NCBI GenBank assembly: GCA_038087875.1
Contig: JAXLNO010005981.1
Coordinates: forward strand, 62,001 to 109,616
DNA length: 47,616 bases
Source: Malacoraja senta
Lineage: Eukaryota
Direction of reading: 5' to 3'
The notes below the pieces were generated by a model. The model was not told the DNA's origin, ran no database searches, and was given only the letters and a program-made list of their open reading frames with translations. This document shows positions 11,336 through 24,512 of this stretch, piece after piece. The translations under genes were made by a program, and so were the position numbers. The stretch's first letter is position 1; each line of letters starts with the position of its first letter.

Positions 11336-12637
11336 TGTACTGAGGTAGTGTGTAAAGCTTTGTTTTGCATGCTATCCAATTGGATGAGGTAACAAAATAC
11401 ATATATATGATCATCAAACTCAAGAACTGTAGGTAGAGCAAAGGGGAAGGTACAGAGTGTGGCATGTAGTTCTCAGCAATGTAGCACAGCAGTTCCATTA
11501 GATAAGTGTTTCGACACGAAACGTGACACATTCCTTCTCTCCAGAGATGCTGCCTGACCCGTTGAGTTACTCTAGCATTTTGTGTCTATCTGCGGTTTAA
11601 ACCAGCATCTACAGTTCCTTCCTGCATAGTTCCATAAACAAAGTCCACTGTCTGTAATGGGGTAGTGGTCAATTGGACAGTACCGTAGCTTATGGAACGA
11701 TCATTCAGAAGCCTGATTTTCTCCTCGGTTATCAAGTTTCCGAGTAAGCCATTTGGTCCTCTAACCTGCCCACCATTCAATATGACCATGGCTGACGTTC
11801 CTCAGGCATCAACTCCTGTTCGATGTCAGTTCCTCATTGCACTCAGTTCTCCAATTTAAGTTTAATTAAGTTAACTACCGCCACATTAAATGCTTCCAAT
11901 GATTTTGTCTTCACAAATCTCTGGCGCCAGAGAATGACCACACTCTGCAAAAAGAGATTTTGTAAACAAATGACTGGTCTCTTTTATCTCTTATTGAAGA
12001 GGAGTGAAAATACTGCCAATTTTAAGCTTGTCCCCTCCCCAATTGACCCTCATTTCGTAACTTGTCAATTATTTATTATTGTCAATAATATGCCCTAGTG
12101 AAAAGATTTGCCGTTGGTATTAGTTTATTATTGTCACATGAACTGTGATATAGTCAAAAGTTTGTCTGTGTGTTATCCAATCAGATCATACTACACATGT
12201 GCAATCAAGCCATCCACAAGTAGAACAGTGCAAAGAGAAAAATTCTCAGAGTGCAGAATATCGGGTTACAATATCATAGCATTACAGTTACAGAGAAAGT
12301 GCAGATCAAAAAGAGTTGCAAGGATCACAATGAGATTGGTTGGAAGATCAGGGCAACATCTTATCTTACATGAGAACCATTCAGTAGTCCAATAACAGTG
12401 GGGAAGAAGCTGTTCCTGAATTTAATGGTACGTACTTTCAAACTTTCTTGTGTACTGTCTTAACAGGGAGCGTGCGATCCCTTTTAAACCACGTGGTTGG
12501 TTGATGGTGACGAAAGAGGCAAAATGGGGCAGATGTGGACAGTAACTTGGTTGTTGTAGTGGACTGAAGAATATTTTGTGGTGGGTGACTGTGCAAGTTT
12601 TACTGAAGATGAAAATAACCATCTTACTGTCTTGTAG

Positions 12638-12904
12638 TTTCCCCTGAGGTCACTCTCGCTGCCCGCCCTGATGATCATTCAGTCCTGTACTGCACTGTGT
12701 TTGGATTTTACCCACCGGCCATCAATGTCAGCTGGTTGCAGAATGGTCAACATGTCTCTGAGACAAAATCTTCTGGGGTCACACCCAACAACGATGGAAC
12801 ATATCATCTAAGGTCTGTCCTTGAGTATGATCCGTATGATGGGAAACAGTATTCCTGTCATGTCGATCACAGCAGCCTGCCCGGTGGGAAGACCATCATC
12901 TGGG
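12638..12904 (+). CDS. MHC class I-like heavy chain, alpha3 (Ig C1) exon
   Basis: Acceptor cttgtag| and donor |gtaaga, phase 1/1, in frame with the alpha2 3' end. Open frame VSPEVTLAARPDDHSVLYCTVFGFYPPAINVSWLQNG...PNNDGTYHLRS...YSCHVDHSSLPGGKTIIW has the C1-set Cys, GFYP, Trp, PNxDGT and YxCxVxH motifs. Confidence 0.95.
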
Positions 12905-13249
12905 GTAAGAACGTTAAATATTCTTTCATAGATAATCATTATCTTCTGTTGTTTCCATTTTAATCATCATGAATACATCCCATATTCCAAGATGCTTAAA
13001 CTTTCTTTGTTTAGTGGTGTTGCTCTAAGTAATCACGTAATCAGCACCCACTCTCCACATGAGCAGAAGACTTTGTCAACAGAACATTTATTAAAAGTAA
13101 ATAAATAACTAATATATAAGGAAGGAGTATTTGAGATTCTCAGTGGTGGAACTGAAATCTATGAAAGGTATGTTTAAATAAAAAATGAATCTTTCCTCAT
13201 GATGTGATTAACAGCAAGGCACTGGGGGAGTACATGCCCCAATCCAAAT

Positions 13250-13900
13250 CAATGGTCCGAAGTGGAAATGATTGAGAGCTTCATGTTCCTTGGCATGAAT
13301 TTATCCAATATTCGGTCATGGACTGGCCACATAGCCAAGGAGGCACACCGACACCTCTACTTCCTCAGGAGACTGAGAATATTCATCATGTCTCTGGTGA
13401 CTCTAGCAAACATCTATAGATGCTGCTAGAGAAAGCATGTTGTTGGGTTGCATCACATCTTGATTTGGGAACTGCACTGCCCAAGACTGCAAGAATATAC
13501 AAAGAGTTAAAGATCATCACACAGACCAGACTTCCCACTATTGATTCAGTCTACACCAGGTTGCCTTCGAAAATGAGACTTATCCCACCCCGGTCATTCC
13601 TCCTTCCTGCTCCCATCAGGCAATAGGTACAGAAAGTTGAAAGTATACACTGCCAGACTCAGGAACACCCCCTTTCCATCTGTTAACAGGCTTCGGAAGG
13701 GTCCTTCCATAATGTAGGTTCAATGCCTGATTCACCTCAACCTCATTGCACATTGTCTATGGAACTGATGCGTTACAATGCTGAGAACTATATTCTGTAC
13801 TCTGTATCCTCCTCTTTGCTCTATCTATTGTTTTTGAGTTTGTATTTATGTATAGTTTTATAATTTGGGTAGCATACAAAACAAACCTTTGCTCTGTATT
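13250..13900 (+). mobile_element. Rex1/Babar-like LINE 3' remnant
   Basis: Decayed FMFLG...RHLYFLRRL-like coding sequence and a ttcccactattgattcagtctacacc segment similar to the element at 44951-46292. Confidence 0.55.
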
Positions 13901-15588
13901 TTGAAACATCTGGCATTAATAAAACAAAACCTAATGAAGTAAGTTCCCTGACGCAAGTTACAGATTCAGCAACAAAAAATATAACTGCCTGACAAACAGC
14001 GATCGTAGTAGTTTGATTCCAAGTATGCTGCACGAACCTACACAAATGTTCACTTTTGAAGATTCCCTCGAACAATGCACAAATAAGGAATCTGATGTTT
14101 CACTCTGAAGACTGTTGACATACCCCAGAACTTAATTTCCAACCTATCTATGTATCATCAGCAATCTAGGCTACAGCGCCATCAGTCCCTTCATCTGCTC
14201 TTAATACCAACGATAAGTAGTTCACTTTCTTGCATTGATTCCCAACCTGCAGTTGCAGTTTCCCAACCTGAACACTCCTTTAAGACAACTCTCTGCTTGC
14301 TCTTAATTGTTTTTCCATTCATGCTAATTATTACCCCCAATGTCATAAGCCATGTGCCTTTGCATCACTTGATCAGATATCTTATGAAAATCCAGATATT
14401 CTGGCGACATCTGGTGGTCAGGCCACTTATTGCTAGAACCCTCGTCAGGGGAGCTGGGACTATCACGTGAGTGACAGGGTTTTGGTGGGAGTTGGTGATG
14501 AGTTAATCGCCAGTCAACTGGTGTGCCCGATTACAATGGCAGGAACTTTGCTCAAGTCCTTACTAAACGCGAGTGGGCCAAAACTGTATTTCTTTAAAAA
14601 CATTGATTTGTTCATGACGTTTGGATCTCTACAATATATTGTATTTCTTTTGTTTCTCATTTGAATTTTGTTACCTATTCTGCTTTTCCATCATTTTGTT
14701 TATGAATTTTAGGCTTTTCACACCTGCTGCTCGAATATACATTGTCTACGGGTTCCTGTTGCATTTTCAAAGAATTCTAATCAATTTCTCAAACAAAGTT
14801 TGAAGAAGGGTCCCAAAATGAAACGTCACCTGTCCATGAGTAAGAAGAAACTGCAAATGCTGGTTTACACCGAAGATGGACACAAATTGCTTGAATAACT
14901 CAGCTGGTCAGCCAGCATCTCTGGAGAAAAGGAATAGGTGATGAATCCATGTTCGCCAGAGATGCTGCCTGTTCCCTTGAGTTACTCCAGCATTTTGTGT
15001 CTATCATGTATATTCTTTCCACTGACTGGTTAGCACGTAACAAAAGCTTTTCACTGTACCTCAATACATGTGACAATAAACTAAACTAAAGCTTTTGTGT
15101 AAATCAGTATCTGCATCTCTTTCTTTCTACAATTTTCCTGTTAATGCCCTGATAATGCACTTTATTGTTTTGTTATTACTTAAATGTTCTGCCATTATTG
15201 AAAGGAATCCAGCATTTTCCCCAAAACAAATGTTAGTTTATATAGGGTTAAAGCTTTCTGCTTTCAATTCACCTTCTTTCTTGAATTAAGTTGTGGCTGT
15301 GATGGTGCCATAGATCATAGAGTTGTACAGAACAGATATTGTCCCTTTGCCATGCTGCAGAACTCCGTGATTCAAAACACCATATCATCTTATATACCTT
15401 GAAAAGCGCCAAATATAGACACAAAATGCTGGAGTAACTCAGCGGTCAGGTAACATCTCTGGAGAAAAGGAATAGGTGGCATTTCGGGTCGAGACCCTTC
15501 TTCACCCTGAAGTCTTCAGACAGTGCCCATCTATTTAGCTGCACAGCTTAACAATTGATTTGTAAAATTATGCATTCTTATTTTTCAG

Positions 15589-15696
15589 AAGGAAATAGGA
15601 AGAAAGACAGGCACATAGGCCTTATTGCCGTGTGTGTGCTGATATTTCTGGCTATTGTCTTGGCAGTAATTGTTTGGTGGAGAAAAAAGAGGAGAG
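15589..15696 (+). CDS. MHC class I-like heavy chain, connecting peptide/transmembrane exon
   Basis: Acceptor ttatttttcag| and donor |gtaaga, phase 1/1. Encodes EGNRKKDRHIGLIAVCVLIFLAIVLAVIVWWRKKRR: a hydrophobic span plus a basic stop-transfer. It lacks the class II-type Gly-patterned TM. Confidence 0.9.
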
Positions 15697-15949
15697 GTAA
15701 GATGGAAAAATTGTGATGCACTGTTGCTAGTAAAGGTATTGGGCTTGAAGAAATGATCGATCTCAAGTAGGATAAGGCAGCAGCTACACCTGAAATGCCT
15801 CGACAGTCACCACTGTCAACTAGCCTTTGTGCTGTTGTTAAATGTTTCTGATAATCAGATATTTTAAAATTGTGAATTCAGTGTAAAAAAATGTTATACA
15901 TTATGGATTCACTGCCCCAAATCCTAGAAATATCAATGAGTCATTAAAA

Positions 15950-16625
15950 AGTACAGCATGCAAGCAGTCCTTTTGGCCCACCGTGTCCATGCCAACCACC
16001 AACCACCTGTTCTCATGAATTCTATCTCATTGCACCTTCTCATCCAGTCACCCACCCACTAGGGGCAATTTACAGTGGCCAATTAAACTATAAACCGACA
16101 CATCTTAGGATGTGTGAGGAAACCGGAGCTCCTGGAGGGATCCAATGCGGTTACACGGAGAACATGCAAACTCCACATAGATGGCACTCAAGGTCAAAAT
16201 TGAACCCGGGTCTGTGTCGCTGTGAGGCAGCAGCTCTACGAGTTGTGACACTGTGCTGCTCTGTTGGGGGCTCCCACTGCTCATGATCCAAGTCAGCTAT
16301 GAGGCAGATTGGTTGCAGTTTAACGTTTACTAGTTTTGTTTAGTTAAATTTAGAGATACAGTAACGAAACAGGCCCTTCGGCCCATCGAGTCTGCGCTGA
16401 CCAGTGATCCCCGCACATTAACACTATCCTATACACACACACCAAGCCAATTAACCTACATACCTGTACGTCTTTGGAGTGTGGGAGGAAACCTTAGATC
16501 TTGGAGAAAACACACGCGGTCATGGGGAGAACGTACAAACTTTGTACAGACAGCATCAGTAGTCGGGATCGAACCCGGGTCTCCGGTGCTGCAAGCACTG
16601 TAAGGCAGCAACTCTACCGCTGCAC
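15950..16625 (-). mobile_element. Two adjacent HE1-type SINE copies (~15950-16260 and ~16340-16625)
   Basis: Both carry the SINE core and reverse-complement B-boxes (ttgaacccggg, gatcgaacccggg). Confidence 0.75.
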
Positions 16626-17474
16626 ACAGTAGCTGCCACCAAGGCCGCTGTTGCTGGAAAACTCAAATTTAAGTGGGAATGTGAGTAGTGGGAGAAATGG
16701 TTCAAGGTGGAAAGCCGAATGAATGAGCAACAACATGACAGGTGGACTACAATGTGAAACAGGACAGCACAGAGCCAGAGACCTGAATTAAATACCGACA
16801 TCGGCTGATGTATCTGTAGAGTTTGCATGTTGTTCCTGTGACCATGTGGGTTTCCCCAGGTGCTCTGGTTTCCTCCCACATCCCCAAAACATTGTTTGGT
16901 AGGTTAGTTGTCCCCTAGATTGTGCATGATACAATGTGGGGAGAGCTGTTGAGAATGTGGGACAAATGTAGGATTAGTGTACATGAATGGTTGGTGCAGG
17001 TCAGTGGGACAAAGGCCATGTTTGTATGCTGCATATTTCCATGACTCTTTATGATGTAGAAAGATGCTGACTATTTTTGATATATAAGATTGGGAAAGAC
17101 TGTGAGGGACAGTGCTATAGTAACTCAGCAGGTCAGGCAACATCCCTGGAGACCATGGATAGGTGACAATCTGGTTCGAGACTCTTCAGGCAAATTACAA
17201 TGGGTATTCCTCCGCTTAAGTCTGATAGTAGTGTACAGATGCACCTCAACCACTGACTTGCTCAACAAGTGCTTAAATTAGTTGAATTAAAGTACGTTTG
17301 GAGTAACATGCAGCAGTCCTTAAAATCTACCATTTCCCAAATCCCAAGAGAGCTGGATGATCAGGGTTTTAGTGTAAATTCAGTCATCTATATCACTGAT
17401 TTCTTGCCTGTGATCACACTGTTGTAAGATATATTCTGGTGATGAATTGCAGTTCACTTTCCTCCTGTGTAAAG

Positions 17475-17510
17475 GAGTTATTGTGTTGAATATAACAAGT
17501 GGAAGGGAAA
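17475..17510 (+). CDS. Candidate 36-bp cytoplasmic mini-exon of the MHC class I-like gene
   Basis: ttcactttcctcctgtgtaaag| ... |gtcagt, phase 1/1, open (GVIVLNITSGRE), in unique sequence. Splice sites are only moderate. Confidence 0.25.
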
Positions 17511-17544
17511 GTCAGTGTAGGATTTAGAGTTTGTACGTAATGCA

Positions 17545-17835
17545 GCATGGTAGTGTAGCTGGTAGAACTGCTGCCTCACAACGCCAGAGACCCAGGTTCA
17601 ATCTGGACCTCGGGTACTGTCTACGTGGAGTTTGCACATTCTCTTGTGACTATGTGGGCTTCCTCAGGGAGCTCCGGTTTCCTCCCATATCCCAAAGATG
17701 AGCAGGTGTGCAGGTAATCATCCTCGGTAAGTCACCCTGATAGTGTAGGGGTGGATGGGAAATCTATTATGAATGGGTGATTGCTGGTTAGTATGGATTT
17801 GGTGGCACAAATGGCCTGTTTACACACTGTATCAC
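17545..17835 (+). mobile_element. HE1-type tRNA-derived SINE
   Basis: A-box-like tagtgtagctggtagaa and B-box ggttcaatc at the 5' end, followed by the SINE core. Confidence 0.8.
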
Positions 17836-18256
17836 TGTTTTCAAGAGAGAGTTAGATTTAGCTCTTAGGGCTAAGGGATTCAAGGGATATGGGGAAACAG
17901 CCAGATCGGAGTATTAATTTTGGATGATCAGCCATGATTGTATTGAATTGCGGTGCTGGCTCAAAGGGCTGAATAGCCTATTCCTGCACCTATTTTTTTA
18001 TGTTTCTATCTTTCTATTAAATAAACTAAATTGGAAGACAGAAGGTATTGACTGATGCATCTTCACACCAGCTGTAAATGTCATAAACTGTGAGAATTGA
18101 TTGCAAATGTTATACAATATTATAAAATAAACTGGGTGATCAAAATGACAAGATGGATGAAGAGCAGAGTTTTCATTGAAATAACAGACGTGCTGCTTTC
18201 TCGAGCACTTGGCCTTGGTTGTGTAATATTTCCTCTTCAAAATACAATGTTCCCAG

Positions 18257-18393
18257 GCACTGCTGGTCTGAGACACCAGTCAGCAAGTATATTTCCTGAA
18301 ACGGAGGTTCTGCTTTCATGGTATCAAGATGTCCAACAGCTCCAGCACCCAAATCAGAACCTTGCCAAAACTAAGAATGCAGCAACAATTTAG
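18257..18393 (+). CDS. Candidate alternative cytoplasmic/terminal exon of the MHC class I-like gene
   Basis: Acceptor tttcctcttcaaaatacaatgttcccag|, phase 1. Open 45-codon frame GTAGLRHQSASIFPETEVLLSWYQDVQQLQHPNQNLAKTKNAATI* contains ExxxLL and YQDV. No poly(A) signal seen before the next repeat. Confidence 0.4.
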
Positions 18394-18489
18394 TCATTGA
18401 ACATCAACGACATGCATATTTGAACTGAGGCAATGGTTAGCTTATTATCACTGTAAACCAGTCGTGGTCATGGGTCTGCCATTGTGGTC

Positions 18490-18814
18490 ACTATTAGTGA
18501 GGGTGATTAACTATCATTTAGCAGTGAAACGGAAAAGAATTGGCTTTTCAAGCCCACGGAGCCATAGAGTCATACGGCATGGAAATGGGCCCTTTGCCTC
18601 AACTTGGCCATGTCAACCAAGATGCCATGTTTAAACTACAATTTTCCTGCAATTGACCCATATCTCACTGAACCTTTCCTATCTACCTGTGTTCTAAATG
18701 TTTTTTAATACCTGCCTCAACTCCTTCCCCTGGAATGTTCTTCCATATTTCCACTTCCTCTGGTTCCGAGTAACTCGTTTCCTTCTCACCTTAAACCTAA
18801 GTCCTCTGGTTCTT
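18490..18814 (-). mobile_element. CR1 3' fragment; continues at 19387-19655 after the L1 insertion
   Basis: CR1 tail (catagagtcatacggcatggaaatgggccc) and body sequence flank the L1 TSD. Confidence 0.7.
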
Positions 18815-19386
18815 TTTATTTTTTATTTTTTATTTTTTTGTTTATTTTTATTTATTTTATTTTTTTATTTTTTTTATTTTTATTATTTATTAGAAGTATT
18901 TTACATTACAGTAATCTGCAATAACGTAAATTTATACAGTTCTTGTACCACTTCTGTTTTTCAACTTTAATAGAAAGAAAGGATAGAAAGAGCTAGCAAA
19001 GACAGTCAGTGAGTGAATGAAAAAGTGGTCCAGGAACACAGATGTGTACCTAAACCACATCAAGTAGTTAAAGAAGAGAGGAAAAAAAAGAGAAAAAATA
19101 AAATAAGATAGGACAATATGAAAGGGATGCACCTACTTCTTATCTTTACTCACCCCTCGCCAGGACTTAAAACCATTTATTATCATCATTTTGTTGCACC
19201 TTATGTTTGTAATAAGTCAATATATGGAGACCAAATCTTTTGGAATTGGTCTTGTTTACCTGCTAGGAGGAATCTCATATCTTCTAGATGTAACAATTCC
19301 GACATATTAGAAGTCCACATTTTTATTGTTGGCGTAGGAGCATTTTTCCAAAATTTCAGTATTAATTTTGTTGCTGTTATTAATCC
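18815..19386 (-). mobile_element. Short 5'-truncated L1 inserted in CR1
   Basis: ORF 19201-19410 (KLILKFWKNAPTPTIKMWTSNM...) matches the end of L1 ORF2. T-rich tail at ~18815-18890. TSD gtcctctggttctt at 18801-18814 and 19387-19400. Confidence 0.88.
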
Positions 19387-19891
19387 GTCCTCTGGTTCTT
19401 GATTACACAAGGCTGGTTAAAAGATTCTGTGCATTCAATCTATCTATGCTCCTTGATTTTATAAACCTCTATAAGATCACCCCTCAGCCTCTTGCGTGCC
19501 AAGGATTAAAGTCCAAGCATTCTCATCCTCTCCCTGAATCACAGGCCCTGTTAATGACATCCTTCCGATAGTGGAGTGACCAAAACTTAACACAATACTC
19601 TAAATGTGGCCTCACCAACATATTGTACAACTGTAGCAGAACATCCCAACTTTTTTATTCAGTACCTTTCTTTTAAAATCTTTTTATTGTTTTTTTTCCA
19701 AAAAACAAAAACAAAAACAAAAATAAAACATTAAAAAAACAGAGCAAAAAGAATAATGATAAACATAACAATGGTATTGATACATAGGGATCATGATTAA
19801 ACACATTAATAACAGGTATAACCTAATATGAGACCAGTGTCAAAATACACAATGAATATAGTTAAATCTTTAAAAGGAAACATAAATGTAA

Positions 19892-20029
19892 NNNNNNNNN
19901 NNNNNNNNNNNNNNNNNNNNNNNNNNNNNNNNNNNNNNNNNNNNNNNNNNNNNNNNNNNNNNNNNNNNNNNNNNNNNNNNNNNNNNNNNNNNNNNNNNNN
20001 NNNNNNNNNNNNNNNNNNNNNNNNNNNNN
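19892..20029. other. Assembly gap (138 N)
   Basis: Run of N. Confidence 1.
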
Positions 20030-20882
20030 TGAACTGAGAAATTCAACAATTTAAGTCTGTTTGTCTGTTAGGTAAGTTATATTTATTGGAGAGTTGTTCG
20101 AAAGACATAAAACAACCCTCCAAAAACAAATCACAAAAAGCTACTAATCCCTTCCTCTTCCATTACAAAAAAACTTGATCAGTACTAGATGGTTGGAAGA
20201 GAAATTTGGATAAAATCAGATAGTCCAAAAAACTTACAAAATTGAAACCGTATTCGGAACGTATGTCTTATTATTGGGTTCGTCATATATTTATTCAATC
20301 TCGTAATTGTAAAAGGTAACGAGGTCCCTAGAATAGAAGCCAATTATAGCCCTTGTAAGGAATCACGTTCTAGGTTTATCCATCCAGGGCATTAGGTATC
20401 TTCTAAATCTTTTGTCCAAAATGTTAAATAACGAACATTGACTGCCCAATAGTAGAGTCTAAGGTTCGGCAATGCCAAACCACCAACTTTTTTTGATTTC
20501 TGTAGGTATTTTTTACCTAGTCTGGGATTTTTATTCTGCCATATATATGAAGAAATTTTAGTCTATAATATCAAAGAAAGATTTGGCAATAAAAATTGGT
20601 ATCGTCTGAAATAAATACAGACATTTAGGTAAAATGAACATTTTAATAGCATTGATTCAGCCAATTAAGGATAAGGACATTGGTGACCATTTAGTGAACT
20701 GATGTTTAATATGGTCAATTAAAGGAATAAAATTAGCTTTAAATAAATCCTTGTGTTTCTTGGTGATCTTAATACCTAAATAAGTAAAAATGGTTCGGTA
20801 GTCAATCTAAATGGAAACTGTCCATAACTCGAAACAAAATTATTTAATGGGAAAGCTCACTCTTACTAAGATTTAGTTTATA

Positions 20883-21743
20883 ATTAGTTTAGTTTAGATT
20901 TAGGCGCGACTCTCGTCAGCAGCGGCCTCTGCAGTCCGTCTGTCTTTTTATTATTTTTGTCTCGTTTCTATGTAGTTTTTATTATTTTTTTTGTCGGGGT
21001 ATGTGTGTGGGGGTGGGGGGGGGGGTGAACTTTAAAATCTTTCCCCTGCACGGGAGACCCGACCTTTTCTTTGTCGGGTCTCCGTTGTCGTTGGGGCTGG
21101 GCAACGTGGAGCGGCCTCCAGCAGGAACGACCTGGGGCTCCAGTTGCAGAGCTGCGGACTACTCACCGTCACGGGGCTGGCCAAGTCCGGAGCGGGTGGA
21201 GCTGTGGTGGAGCGCTGCTGCAACCCGACCCCCGGAGATTCAGGGGCTACGGCCGCGGGTCTGGCGGACGGCAACACCGGAAGCCCGCGGGTCCCTGGTG
21301 GGAGACCGCTTTTCGGGGCTTCCACAGCGGCGACTTCTCCCGCCCGAGTTGCGGGGTTGAAGAGCACCTGGAGCGGGGCTTTACATCACCGCCCCGCGCG
21401 GCTTGGAATGGCCGCGGGACTTTGCGAGCGCACGCCGGGGCTCTAACACCAAGACCCGGTGCGCGACCTTGCATCACCCGGCGTGGCTTTAATGGCCGCG
21501 GGACAATCACCATCGCCCGCCGGGGGCTTTGACTTTGACTCTGACATCGGGGGGGTGAGTGCAGTGGAGAGATACGTTATTTTTGCCTTCCATCACAGCG
21601 CTGTGATGGATGTATGTGTAAATTGTGTTGTGTCTCGGGTCTTCTTCGTTTTGTAATGTATGGCTGCAGAAACGACATTTCGTTTGGACCTCAACGGGGT
21701 CCAAATGACAAATAAATTGTATTGTATTGTATTGTATTGTATA
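20883..21743 (+). mobile_element. Non-autonomous GC-rich retroelement nested in L1 ORF2
   Basis: Interrupts ORF2 at FSSFSGY|KLNLSKSELF. Ends with ccaaatgacaaataaa+(attgt)n. Has the shared gccttccatcacag box (21585-21598) and tata microhomology at both ends. Confidence 0.75.
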
Positions 21744-24512
21744 ACCAGAAAAACTACTGAATTGATTAAGTAATGCTACTATTGCCGGAATAGATTTCTC
21801 AGGGTTAGAAATAAATAATAACAGATCATCTGCATAAAGAGATAGCTTATGTGTCTTATTCCCGCGGACAATACCAAAAATATTAGGGTATTCCCTAATA
21901 GCAGTGGCTAAAGTTTCCAAAGCAATATCAAATAGTAAAGGACTTAAGGGACAGCCCTGTCTAGTACCTTGAAAGAGCCTGAAAAAAGGGGATCTCTGAT
22001 TATTAGTAAATACAGAAGCCTGAGGTATAAGATATATCAGTTTGATCCAAGAGATAAATTTTGGACCAATCTTAACTTTTTCAAGTATATTGAATAAGTA
22101 TTCCATTCTACTCTATCAATAGCCTTCTCGGCATCAAGTGAGATGACACATTCTGGGGTTTTATTAGACGCTGTATATACAATATTTATTAGTCTCCTAA
22201 CATTAAAGAATGAGTAACGATTTTTAATAAAACCTGTCTGATCTTCAGAGATAATTTGCGGTAAAATCTTTTCCAATCTCATAGCTAATATTTTGGAAAG
22301 AATTTTAAAATCTACATTTAACATTGATATAGGTCTATATGATGTCACTTCAGTAGGGTCTTTATCTTTTTTAAATTAAAGAAATAGAAGCTTCATAAAA
22401 AGATTGTGGTAATCTATTCCTTAAAAAGGCTTCTTTAAATACCTTGCATAGCCATGGAGACAATAAATTTGAGAAATACTTTAAGAATTCTACTGTAAAC
22501 CCATCTAATCCGGGAGCTTTACCAAAATTCATTGAAAATATTGCTTTCTGTATTTCGTCTTCCGTGATGGGTTCATCGAAACAACAGAGACTCATTATAT
22601 GGTAAATTTGGTAAGTTCAGTTTCTTTAAAAACTCATGCAATATATTGGAATCAGTAGGAAAATCTGATTGGTATAGGGAGGTATAAAATTCCTGAAAGG
22701 ATTTATTAATTTCGTCATGGTCTACGGTTACTGTACCATCCCGTTTACTCACTTTAGTAATCTGACGCTTGGCCGACACTGCTTTCAATTGATTAGCAAG
22801 TAATTTACCAGATTTTACGCCATTTATATAAAATTTACTTTTGGTTTTAAGTAACTGGTTCTCAATCGGTGATACTAATAACAAATCATATCTCAATTGA
22901 AGTTCAACTCTATTCTTATAGAGCTCTAAACTAGGAGCTTTTGAATATTTTTTATAAATTTCTTTAATCTCGTCAGCCAATGTGCGTATTTCTTTTTGTG
23001 TTTGTTTTTTTAATCCCGCGGAGTATGAAATAATTTGTCCACGAATATATGCCTTAAAAGCATCCCAAACTATACCATTGGATATCTCTTCATTAGAGTT
23101 TGTCAAGAAGTAAAAAGCAATCTGATCTTTCATAAACTTAATAAAGTTTAAGTCTTGAAGCAAAGTAGCATTAAATCGCCATTGTTTAGCACTAAACTTG
23201 GAATCAGGTAGTTTGATCAATAGTTTCACTGGTGCATGATCAGAAATAGCAATTGCATCATACTCACATGCAATGACGAATGGAATTAGCCGAGAATCTA
23301 GTATAAAATAGTCGATCCTAGAATAATTATGATATACATGAGAGAAAAATGAAAATTCTTTGTCATTTGCGTGTAAGAATCTCCAAATTTCTAACATTCC
23401 CGAGTCAAGTAAAAAAGAATTAATAAAATTAGCTGATTTATTTGGAAGCACATGATCAGATGTAGACGTATCAATCGAGGGATTCAAACAGCAATTGAAG
23501 TCTCCACCCATTATTAAAAAGTGTTCATTTAAATTAGGAAAGGATGCAATTAACTGTTTAAAAAACTCACGGTGATCAATATTTGGTGCATAGACATTCA
23601 CCATAGTGACTTTTTGCCTATAAAGGACACCGGTAATCACCAAGAATCTGCCATATGGATCAGAAATTGTTTCATGGTGAACAAACAGAATTGAGGGGTC
23701 AATAAAAATAGAGACAACCTTTCACCTTAGCCTGTGAATTTGAATGAAACTGCTGTCCTCTCCAAAACTTGAAAAATCGTGACTTGTCATCTTGCCTTAC
23801 ATGAGTTTCCTGAACAAAGATAATCTGAGCATTAAGTCTGTGAAGAACTTTTTAAAAAAATATCCTCTTAATGGGATGGTTCAAGCCATTCACATTCCAT
23901 GAAAGGAAATTAGTAACTTTATCCATATTGCTTGTAAAAATCATGTGGGATGTAATGGGTTAATTTCTTGAAGCCTAAAAGTTCATAATACTGGAAGAAG
24001 AAAAATCTAGGGCGGAGCCAGAAGTGACGACATTTCAGCCAATTTTGTAGTTCAGAATTTGCACAAATGGAGATCACAAAATAGGGAACAAAAGACCCCT
24101 CCCCCCTCCCCCCTCCCCCCTCCCACCCCTGTAGAACCCCAAACTGACCAAAAGACAGTCAGCAAACTACCTAATCCCCTCCCCAATCCCATCTCTCCCA
24201 GTAACAGCACTCAGCATAAAAAGAATAATATTTAACCACTACGTCATAACACATTCGTTATTATCTCTTTGAGAGAGAAGAAAAAAAAATACAGACTGGC
24301 ATGGAATGCTGCTTATTATTATCCAAGGTCAAGATATAAAAAACAAGAACTGCGTTCTCTTAGTTTGTCTAACGACAGGGGAACACGAATTAACAAAGAA
24401 ATTCTTAAAAGAATATATATAAAAGAAAAACAACTCGTCCAGTTAAATTCTTAATCATTACGAAACGAAATGTTGTCAAATTAGGAACAGTAAATCTCCA
24501 ATTATAACTTAA

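Noticed and set aside
12638-15696. MHC class II beta or W-category beta-chain identity
   Set aside because: The upstream exon is class I alpha2-type (H..Q...GC...AFDG...W...KW...C) and the TM lacks the Gly-patterned pairing motif. W-category is not formally excluded until the upstream exons are seen.
15697-15717. Read-through tail RGKMEKL* after the TM exon
   Set aside because: There is a consensus donor gtaag at 15697 and a better supported terminal exon exists. It remains possible as a minor isoform.
20999-21660. Cluster of overlapping 65-150 aa GC-rich ORFs on both strands (also at 1484-1914 and 9638-10037)
   Set aside because: High GC lowers stop frequency inside non-autonomous repeats, and no domain is recognisable.
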